This document shows, one piece after another, positions 23,661-35,000 of a DNA stretch of 64,000 bases (its first letter is position 1; each line of letters begins with the position of its first letter). The stretch lies in NCBI GenBank assembly GCA_950097015.1, contig CATNEN010000030.1:1798001-1862000 (forward strand), in the 5' to 3' direction. Source of the DNA: Macrostomum hystrix. Lineage: Eukaryota; Animalia; Platyhelminthes. Made by a program: the position numbers and the translations under genes. Under the pieces are notes generated by a model that worked only from the letters and a program-made list of their open reading frames with translations, did no database searches and had not been told where the DNA came from.

Positions 23661-24324
23661 ATAACTGTTACCTACTCAATACTCAGAGTGGTAAATAAAT
23701 CACAGATGCAGTGAATTAAAGCAGAGTTTAGATGCCTTGTTGCAAGCAGGCAGCAAATAGGCGGATGAGAATGCTGTCAATATGAACATCTATCTGTAAG
23801 TATATTTTCTGTACACAAATCTTGGCTGTGAGCTATTAATGCAATCACATTTCAGACAAGAATAAAGTGCAAACAGTTTTCTTGAAAAAAAATGTTACAC
23901 GAGTAAAATAAACTGATTAGAAAGCGAGGCGTTACTGTAGTAAAATGACATCATTCTTTAAAAGAACATAAATTTAAATATAATTCGTCAAGAGTAAAAT
24001 ATGCAGGTAACTGCTCAAAACGACAATTATTTATAATGAGCATTACCTAATTAAGATTGTGATTGTATTGTAACCAACTGGCTGCATTGTAAAGCGAATA
24101 GACTATCGATAAAAAAGCAAGCAAACAACTAACTACGAGTATAAAATTATGACTTTGTCGCGACTTTTATATCTACAGAAAGTAATATAAATGATTTACT
24201 GCTAAACTAACGACTAGGGCCACATCGGAGGGTTAAACCAGAGGACTTCGCAAATATTTGACTATCGATTGGTTGGACTGATTAACTCGAGCCAACCTGA
24301 GTCAAGGATATGACTCAAACTCAA

Positions 24325-24835
24325 ACTCAGCTAGACTCAATCATGTCAGCTAGACTCAAACATGTCAGCTATCATGTCAGCTAGACTCAATCATGTCAGC
24401 TAGACTCAATCATGTCAGCTAGACTCAATCATGTCAGCTAGACTCAATCATGTCAGCTAGACTCAATCATGTCAGCTAGACTCAATCATGTCAGCTAGAC
24501 TCAATCATGTCAGCTAGACTCAATCATGTCAGCTAGACTCAATCATGTCAGCTAGACTCAATCATGTCAGCTAGACTCAAAAATGTCAGCTAGACTCAAA
24601 CATGTCAGCTAGACTCAAACATGTCAGCTAGACTCAATCATGTCAGCTAGACTCAATCATGTCAGCTATCATGTCAGCTAGACTCAATCATGTCAGCTAG
24701 ACTCAATCATGTCAGCTAGACTCAATCATGTCAGCTAGACTCAATCATGTCAGCTAGATTCAATCATGTCAGCTAGACTCAAACATGTCAGCTAGACTCA
24801 ATCATGTCAGCTAGACTCAATCATGTCAGCTAGAC
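24325..24835. repeat. 19-bp tandem repeat (GCTAGACTCAATCATGTCA), about 27 copies
   Basis: Direct periodicity. Confidence 0.95.
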
Positions 24836-25384
24836 ACAAATATCAATTAGAAGCGAGTCCCTATCACGCAAGATACAGAAAAAAACGAAATAAATTTCGA
24901 GGTTTAAAATATTCTAGACGAAAACAAAACTGTGAGATTCGATTCACTCAATGAGCACAGAAAGCATTGGCAAACAATAATGTGCATTTAGTTGGCTACT
25001 ACTGACAAGTAGAACATGGCGGATGTGCAAGCAGCATTTCTCGTTAGGACATGCAAAAAAATACCAATGGAATGGCGCGGTTAGAGAGTGTAACTGTCAG
25101 CTTTGTTTAACAAGAAATAATAATACGAGCTAATATGATTCGTTTTCTAATTAGCAATCTGTTCTGCTGGGCAAAAATTGAATAGTTCAAATGTTAAGCT
25201 AGATGAACACAATGGCAAATTAGTGGTGCAAATATCTGATTTCAGAAATAAAAACTCAGCGACAGTGAATTAATACAGGCTTCAGAAGGCGAGATTTGAG
25301 CACTTGCTCAAGATGTAATATTAACTTGCGTGCGGCAGCCGCTTGCTTTCCTCGCAAGGCTTACCAAAAGCAGGGCAGAAGATT

Positions 25385-25945
25385 GAGATGGGAGATTGAC
25401 AGTGAGAAGATAGGGGATTGACGGTGAGAAGATGAGAGATTGACAGAGAGAAGATGGGAGATTGACAGTGAGAAGATGGGGGATTGACAGTGAGAAGATG
25501 GGGGATTGACAGAGAGAAGATGGGAGATTGACAGTGAGAAGATAGGGGATTGACGGTGAGAAGATGGGAGATTGACAGAGAGAAGATGGGAGATTGACAG
25601 AGAGAAGATGGGGGATCGACAGTGAGAAGATGGGGGATCGACAGTGAGAAGATGGGAGATTGACAGAGAGAAGATGGGGGATCGACAGTGAGAAGATGGG
25701 GGATTGACAGTGAGAAGATGGGGGATTGACAGAGAGAAGATGGGAGATTGACAGTGAGCAGATGGGAGATTGACAGTGAGAAGATGGGAGATTGACAGAG
25801 AGAAGATAGGAGATTGGCAGAGAGAAGATGGGAGATTGACAGAGAGAAGATGGGGGATCGACAGTGAGAAGATGGGGGATCGACAGTGAGAAGATGGGGG
25901 ATTGACAGTGAGAAGATGGGGGATTGACAGAGAGAAGATCGGAGA
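25385..25945. repeat. 22-bp purine-rich tandem repeat (GAGAAGATGGGRGATTGACAGW), just 3' of the VKR stop
   Basis: Direct periodicity. Explains ORFs 25308-26081, 25321-26004 and 25361-26008. Confidence 0.93.
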
Positions 25946-26053
25946 TTGTCGGAGAAAAGAACGAACGAAGAGAGAGTGAAAATGCTGGAGGAGGGCAAAG
26001 GCACCCATGAACGGAGCCTCCGCTAGAGAGAGCAGGCCCTGCGAAGGGCCGAT

Positions 26054-29000
26054 TCAAACCCGAGTGGTGGCCAGAAGGCATTGTGACTCGGGATCATTTA
26101 GCACGGGTGCCGGGGCGGGAGATATCAGAGCCGCGCCGACAACGCGCCCGCCACTGCCGCCGGCTCCGTCAGCTTCACCAACATTGACGTTCGGCGCGCT
26201 GTCGGCTTCGCTTTCGACACTGGCTGCAGCAGCGGCCGCCGCGGCTCTGCGCTGAAAGTCGATTCGAACGGCGCGCAGATCCGAGGCGCTGCGATGCCGC
26301 TGCACGGAGGAGCGCAGCCACTGAGGCACGGAGGTCAGGCTGAGGGCGTTTAGCTTCACGTTGCTAAGCGACCGAACAGCGGCCCAGGTGTCTGAGGCGC
26401 CAAGGTTGCCCTCGGCAACGCCGCCACCGATACTGCCTCCACCGGTGCCGCCGATTCCAGCTATGGCGGCTACGGTGGCTCTGTCACGGCCGAGCACCGG
26501 CTGCGTCGGCGGCGCATCATCCAGGCAGGCGGCCACGCACGGCGGCTGATCGCGCAGCTCGTGAAGCAGCTCGCTGACCAGGGGCCGGTCCTCCGGGGCG
26601 TAGCGCCAGCAGCGGGTGACCAGGTCGCGCAGCCGCGGGCAGGCGGCTTCGGGAAAGTTCGACAGCAGGGTGAAGCCCCTGCGGGTTGTTAGATTAGTCA
26701 AGTGGTTAGTGAATTAGCCGAGACCATCGATAATCTATTCGCGTGGATATATAATGTTTGGTCGTGAGAATAGCAGTTGAGAATAGCAGCTGAGAATAGC
26801 AGTTGAGAATAGCAGCTGAGAATAGCAGTTGAGAATAGCAGCTGAGAATAGCAGTTGAGAATAGCAGCTGAGAATAGCAGCTGAGAATAGCAGTTGAGTT
26901 GAGAATAGCAGCTGAGAATAGCAGCTGAGAATAGCAGCTGAGAATAGCAGCTGAGACTAGCAGTTGGGAATAGCAGCTGAGAATAGCAGCTGAGAATAGC
27001 AGCTGAGAATAGCAGCTGAGAATAGCAGCTGAGAATAGCAGCTGAGAATAGCAGCTGAGAATAGCAGCTGAGAATAGCATTTGAGAATAGCAGCTGAGAA
27101 TAGCAGTTGAGAATAGCAGCTGAGAATAGCAGCTGAGAATAGCAGCTGAGAATAGCAGCTGAGAATAGCAGCTGAGAATAGCATTTGAGAATAGCAGCTG
27201 AGAATAGCAGTTGAGAATAGCAGTTGAGAATAGCAGCTGAGAATAGCAGCTGAGAATAGCAGTTGAGAATAGCAGTTGAGAATAGCAGCTGAGAATAGCA
27301 GCTGAGAATAGCAGCTGAGAATAGCAGTTGAGAATAGCAACTAGAATTACCTGGCAACCTCGGCCATGACTCGCTGATGACTCCAGTCATAGAACGGGAA
27401 CTTTCCAAATGTGATCATTTCGTAGAGCAGCACTGCGAAGGCCCAGACGTCGCTCTTGACGCTGAAATAAGCGTACTGAATGGCTTCTGGGGGCATCCAA
27501 CGAACTGGTACAAAGTTGGGCGAATGCATTCGGTAATAGTTAGGCGCCGTTCTGGCCAATCCGAAGTCGCCTAGTTTCACAATATGGGATCCGTTGATCA
27601 GGCAGTTGCGGAGGGCCACGTCGCGGTGCAGCACCGGTGGATCCTGGGAATGCAGGTACTCCAGGCCGCTGGCTATGTCGATGGCATAGCGGGTCAGGTA
27701 CTCAGGACTGGTGGTGACGTCACCCCGATGAGTTCGGCGGGCCATGAGGAAGGATTTCAGGTCGCCATGGAGACAGAATTCCATCACTATGAAGTAGGGT
27801 TGGTCCATGGTGCAAACACCCAGCAGTTGAATGATGTTGGCGTGGTTCAGCTTGCACAGCACCTGACAGTGGGAAGCATTGGATAGGATGTTAACTCATA
27901 GGACAGAGCAGAGTAGATAGGACAGAGCAGAGTAGATAGGACAGAGCAGAGTAGATAGGACAGAGCAGAGTAGATAGGACAGAGCAGAGTAGATAGGACA
28001 GAGCAGAGTAGATAGGACAGAGCAGAGTAGATAGGACAGAGCAGAGTAGATAGGACAGAGCAGAGTAGATAGGACAGAGCAGAGTAGATAGGACAGAGCA
28101 GAGTAGATAGGACAGAGCAGAGTAGATAGGACAGAGCAGAGTAGATAGGACAGAGCAGAGTAGATAGGACAGAGCAGAGTAGAGAGTGGGTGGCGCAGAG
28201 GAGAGAGCGGATGGCACAGAGGAGAGAGCGGATGGCACAGAGGAGAGAGCGGATGGCACAGAGGAGAGAGCGGATGGCACAGAGGAGAGAGCGGATGGCA
28301 CAGAGGAGAGAGCGGATGGCACAGAGGAGATAGTAGATATGACAGAAAAAAACGGAGAAGTTAAAGCTGGCAATTGCCAGTTTTGCAAAGCAAGTTAAGC
28401 TCACCTCGGCCTCCTCCATAAACTTGAGCACAGCCTCTGGTTTAGAGTTCTCTGTGAGCACTTTGACAGCGCATGACTCCCAGCGTTTGTCACTGAGTTT
28501 AATCTCTCCGCCGAACACTGTACCAAAGCAGCCCTCGCCAACCATCCTGTTAATAATGATTGATAATTTAGACACCTCCATATGAGCTAGTCTGTCGCGC
28601 ATCTCCCTAAACGGCTGGTTGAGTCGGTCGCGCACCCTGATGCGGTAATAGTGCAGGGCGCCAATGAACAGGCAGGCTGTGACAGTTAGCACGGCCAGCA
28701 GCAGGCACAGTAGGAATGCTGTGAGTGTCTCATTGCAGCTCCAGTTGGGATTCAGGGCGCGCATGAAGGCTGTGTTGCAGGCTGGGTGCAGCAGCCGGAT
28801 GAAGGCCCCGTCCTCTGTCCAGTAGTCTTTAGGCGGCAGCAGAGGACCGGACTCGACGCTAACCAGCAGCTTGCTTTTGTTAATTGACCAGCGATAGGTG
28901 GCCAGGTTCTTGCTGACATAGGTGTAGTTTGAGCCGCCCAGGCCAGCTGTTTTCCAAAAACAGATTTGGGAATTGACATAATGATAAAGAGAATTTTTCT

Positions 29001-32000
29001 AGATTGCATGTGTTGATAGACTAGGGGGTTACAGACTAGTGGTTATTGCGTCGGACTCATGACTTGAAGGTCGGGAGTTCGATTCCACTGGAACAATATG
29101 TGTCCTTTAGCAAAACACTTAAATCTGTGTTGCTCTAGTTCACTTAACTGTCAAATTGGTACCAGCATTAGCTGGGGTAATTGAGGGTGGGTGTGGCGCA
29201 CCTTCAGTTCATGGACTGAACAGCCGTACGCAGCTTTCAGGTGCGCTGCGCAATAGCTGCGCTTTTGGCTGCCAGGTCGGGTCCGATTGGGGCAGGTGTA
29301 ATCAGTGATAATAATTAATAGTGGAAAATAATAGAAAAGTCCTAAGCCACAAGTGTGACCGGGATAAACTTGTATAATTGGGATAACTGAGCTAACTGGG
29401 ATAAGTAGGATAACTGGGATAGATATGATACATGGGGTAAATAGGACAACTGGGATAAATAGGACAACTGGGATAAATAGGACAACTGGGATAAATAGGA
29501 CAACTGGGATAAATAGGCCAACTGGGATAAATAGGACAACTGGGATAAATAGGACAACTGGGATAAATAGGACAACTGGGATAAATAGGACAACTTGGAT
29601 AAAATAGGTCAACTGGGATAAAAGGATAACTGGGATAAATAGGATAACTGGCATTAATAGGGCAAATGGGGTAAATAGGATAACTGGGATAAATAGGACA
29701 AGTTTCTCTCACCACTCCGCCGCTGCAGTCCGCGCAGCCAGATGGCCAAGAAGCCGGAGCCCGGCTCGTGACTGTCGCCAAAGCGGAAGCCGTCAAACTC
29801 GGTGGCAGCCAGAATTCGGCGATATTCTCGAACAACTCGGCCAGATTTCAAATGATGCAGAGCGGCGGAATCGTTTGAGTGCAGCCGGCCGAGGGCGTTG
29901 GCCAGTAGGTAAACAGCGTCGCTGGTGTAGGGCCCGAAGTAGTTCTCGGTGAAGCTGGCACCAGGGCTGGAGCCGGACTCAGCTGCTGAGCTGGCTGTAT
30001 GGCCCAGCCGCGATTTGTAAGATTTGAGCCGGTCGGCTGGTAGAAACCCCTGGACGGTTTGATCGATGTGCGATAGCAATCCAATGACAATGAACCCAAT
30101 GCTGAGAAATTCGAATATTGAGTTCTTAAATAGTCAGTATTGAGTCCTTAAATACTCAATGCCTTTCGGATACTCAATTTTGAGTCATTTGATACTCAAT
30201 GTTGAGTCCCTGGATACTCAATACTGAGTCCTTGGATTTTCAATACTGAGTCCTTGATATACTTAATGCTGAGTCCTTGGATACTCAATACTGAGTCCTT
30301 GGATACTTAATACTGAGGCCTTGGATACTCAATACTGAGGCCTTGGATACTTAATACTGAGGCCTTGGATACTCAATACTTGAGGCCTTGGATACTTAAT
30401 ACTTGAGGCCTTGGATACTTAATGTTGAGTCCCTGGATACTCAATACTGAGTCCTTGGATTTTCAATACTGAGTCCTTGGATTCTCAATGCTGAGTCCTT
30501 GGATACTCAATAATGAGTCCTTGGATACTCAATGCTGAGTCCTTGGATACTCAATAATGAGTGCTTGGATTCTCAATGTTGTGTTTGGCTACTCAATGTG
30601 GTGAATCAATTCTGAATCCTTGTTTTGAGTCCACACTGCAGCGACTCACCTTGATAACTAAATGCCCGTTGCTGGCCTCAGTAACCTGGCTGTCGGTGCA
30701 GCCCCCCGGCACGTGAATGCCAGTGCCAGAGCAGTTGGCGCCCCGCTCAGTGAAGATGTCCTTGACCCAATGGGCCAGAATGAACTGGTAGTTGTTTCTA
30801 GGAAACATGCCCAGTTGGTAGGCGGCGCACATGTACAGACAGGTGCCACGGCGGAAATAGTCCATGGCAAAGAGCTGGCAGGAGCCCTCTTTGGCCCGAC
30901 GCAGCGAGTCTATGGCCTGGTGCAGAGTCAGATCCCGCTCGGCTAGAAACTCGTTGTGACAAACTCGCATCATCTGGTCCTGTGGTGGGGTGTAGTTTGA
31001 GGAGAACTGCAATAAGCCTGGAGACAGGGGGGTCAGTGGCAGAGCGGTCTAACGCGAGGCCGCATTCATTTGGGGCGCCAGCCGCGGAGAGAAGGCTTGG
31101 GGGCTTGTCGTGCAATTCACGCCCTTGAGAGCCAACCTCCAAGGCACAGAGAGTGTACACTGCCTGACGATGAGAAAGTCAGGGCAGATGTACACACCTG
31201 TGTGAGTGTGCCTGCATACAGTAGTCTGTGTGCATGTGAGCTCAGGAGTCAGCGAAATGGGCAGAATTGCCTCCTCGCTGGCACCGGGTCTAGTATCACC
31301 AAATGATGTGCCACTGCCCGCAGCCCTCCTGCAAACATTAGCAATATTATTAAGCATAGAATAGACATAGAATGAAATTATTCTGAAGGCTAGAGATACA
31401 GAATTTAAAAGTTATGACATCAGCTCAGTTCATAATCAATTTGGACTTCTGACAAGGAGGTCGGGAGTTCGAATCTCAGCACAAAGGGTACTCAAGCCAC
31501 ACAGTTAATTCCCTAGTGCTTCAGTTCACCTAGCTTCAGGGTACCAGTGTCAGCCTATTCTTGTCCATAAGCAAGTTTTTTTTGAGAAAAAATCTTGTCT
31601 ATAGATACCCTTCATGAAGTATTCAGATAATTTATTATCGTGAAGTGTTTAAATATTACTAAATGAATATTTATTTATTACGCCTGCTCCAATAAGTCAA
31701 GATATGCATCTGAAGGCTGCGTTCGACTGTTCAGTCCAATGACTGTGGTCTTGTGCGCCACACCCACCCTCAATTACCCCAGCTAATGCTGATAGCCCAT
31801 TTAACCAGCTGGGTGAACTGAAGCAATGCAGAGTTCAATTGTTCCAGTGGAGTCGGGAATCGAACCCCCGACCCTCAAGTCCTGAGTCCGACACTCTAAC
31901 CACTAGGCTAACACGCCCTAACCATCCTTTAATATGCCCATTTTAATTTCATGTAAATTTTATTAGTTAAACTGACCGTAAAGTGCTGGCTATCCAGAAA

Positions 32001-35000
32001 GAGCTTCTTATTAGTGAGCAGTCCCAGCTGGTACCAGTTGTTAGCAACTAGAAACTGACTGACAGCGCCAGCGTAGGCAACGTAGCTGGGTATAGTTCGA
32101 TAGAAATTGGGATAAATATCCTGCCTAGCGAACACTGGCGACTCAACAGTCGAGGCCACAATCATGGTGCCAAGGCGGGTGCTGGCCTGCGCCACAGATT
32201 CCACAGTTTTCGAGCAGGTGCCGGCGATAAGGCCAACCAGCGGGTCGTAGGGCGCCGCCGAGTAGCCGTTGCTATTATTGTAAGGGTCGGCCTCTTCAAC
32301 TTCGCCAGCGTAGCCGTAGCCGGAGCCGCGCCGGCAGCCAACATCCGAGCAGTGAAGGCGCATGTAGAAATCCAATACGGCTCGGTTTGAGCAGTCCAGG
32401 CCACGAGGCAGCAGCTGCAGGCGATAATTATCTACTAGCAGTGAGCAGAACTCGGGTCGGTCAGGTCCAGCAGAGCAGTTGTAAGAGTTGATGATCTGCA
32501 CGGAGACGTTGGCAAATTCCAGCACCTGGGGATCGTCGAATAGGAAACCGCGCGGCCAGATTAGGCCAATCCGCAGCTGGCTGGGCCGAGCAGCGAGGCG
32601 GGGCGGCAACTTGGGCAGCTGTTCAATCAGCCAGCTGCAGGCATTGTACTTGTTGTCATGGTAACGAGCGATATCAGGCATTGGCAGCCAGCGCAGATAG
32701 TCGGCCAGGTCCGGGTCTCTGAAAATGTACGACATTTTTTTTCGTAAAATTTTTTTACTGCGCGAGTAACAATGACAACTGAGTAACGCGTCTGAGTCTC
32801 ACACCAAGGTCCCTGAGCTCGATTCCACGGCGAGGCCACATTCGTTTAGGGCGCAGGCGCGGAGAGAAAGCTTTGGGGCCAGAGAGTGTACACTGCCTGA
32901 CGATGAGAAAGTCAGGGCAGATGTACACACCTGTGTGCGTGCGTGTGTGCTCAGGAGTCAGCGGAATGGGCAGAATTGCCTCCTCGCTGGCTGCGGGTCT
33001 ACTATAACCAAATGATGTGCCATTGCCCGCAGCCCTCCTGCAATAAAAATGCATCATTATTACCAATAAGCACAATATGGAAGATTCCAAAAGCCTCACC
33101 TCCGTGCCAGACTGTGCAGTATTAAACGCAAGCTTAGTAAAATGCTTGGGCGCCACGTGCATGTAGCTGTGGACGCCGCCATCAGGGCTCAGTGAGGCCA
33201 GCTCAGACAAGTTGCGCACACTGATGCAGTTGCGAGACATTGTGACTAGCGCAGCAGTAGATGACACATTCACTGAACGCGACTGTGGCGAATAGCAGTA
33301 CCTGCGACAATAGGGGTTAGGTGATCCTATAGACTAGACAGAGGTGGAATGAGTGGACAGATGAGGAATGAGTGGACAGATGAGGAATGAGTGGACAGAG
33401 AAGGAATGAGTGGACACTGAGGAGGAATGAGTGGACAGATGAGGAATGAGTGGAAAGATGAGGAATGAGTGGACAGATGAGGAATGAGTGGACAGAGGAC
33501 TCAGTGGACAGAGGAGGAATGAGTGGACAGAGGAGGACTCAGTGGACAGGGGAGGACTCAGTGGACAGAGGAGGACTCAGTGGACAGAGGAGGAATGAGT
33601 GGACAGAGGAGGAATGAGTGGACAGAGAAATGAGTGGACAGATGAGGAATGAGTGGACAGAGGAGGACTCAGTGGACAGAGGAGGACTCAGTGGACAGAG
33701 GAGGAATGAGTGGACAGAGGAGGAATGAGTGGACAGATGAGGAATGAGTGGACAGAGGAGGACTCAGTGGACAGAGGAGGACTCAATGGACAGAGGAGGA
33801 CTCAGTGGACAGAGGAGGACTCAATGGACAGAGGAGGACTCAGTGGACAGAGGAGGACTCAATGGACAGAGGAGGACTCAGTGGACAGAGGACTCAATGG
33901 ACAGAGGAGGACTCAGTGGACAGAGGAGGACTCAGTGGACAGAGGAGGACTCAGTGGACAGATGAGGAATGAGTGGACAGATGAGGAATGAGTGGACAGA
34001 GGAGGAATGAGTGGACAGATGAGGAATGAGTGGACAGAGGAGGAATGAGTGGACAGAGGAGGAATGAGTGGACAGAGGAGGAATGAGTGGACAGAGAAAT
34101 GAGTGGACAGAGGAGGAATGAGTGGACAGAGAAATGAGTGGACAGAGGAGGAATGAGTGGACAGAGGAGGAATGAGTGGACAGAGAAATGAGTGGACAGA
34201 GGAGGAATGAGTGGACAGAGAAATGAGTGGACAGAGGAGGACTCAGTGGACAGAGGAGGACTAAATGGACAGAGGAGGGGACCGTGAAATGAGACAGATG
34301 AGACAATGGACTCACAGCTGAGCATCCCTGTACACGAATCCCAGATGAGCAAACGGGTATCCCGAGGAGTGAGGCAGGTCGAGTCGCACTGGACAGCGGT
34401 AGGGCCAGTGTTGGCACTGAGCCGGCTCGTAGATTTTCACATTTTCATAGCGGAACACGTGACGCAGAAGCAGGGCCACAACTTGTGCCGGGAACGGGTC
34501 AGCAGGATCGGCTCCGACAGCCAGCAGGTTAGGCGACTCGTCGGCGCTCGAATTGAAGTAGTAGCGGACTCGCGGGGAGGCATCTGGGCTCATTTTAGTA
34601 TTGATTCATAAGATATTTTTGATATGATAGTAACACGCGTTTAAGCTACTGTTTGTAAGTAGTATAGTAAATTAACATAGCTTTTTATGCAAAAAATAGT
34701 TTTATATGTTTACAGGGCATCATGGATAGGACTGGGTGAGACTTCTCGGCGTTTCTTGCCAAATAAAAATTTTGATTTAAAAAATTGATTACACCTGTCC
34801 CTATAGGGTCGATGTCCAGCACAAAGCACAGCAGCAGCTGTTACGCGGCGCATCTGAAGGCTGCGTACGGCTTTTCAGTCCATGGACCAGGAGGACGACA
34901 CACCCACCTCAATTATCTAAGCTCTAATGCTGGCTAGAACACCCATTGAATAGCTGGGTAAAATGAAGCGATGCAGAGTTAATTGCTTTGGTAAAGGACA

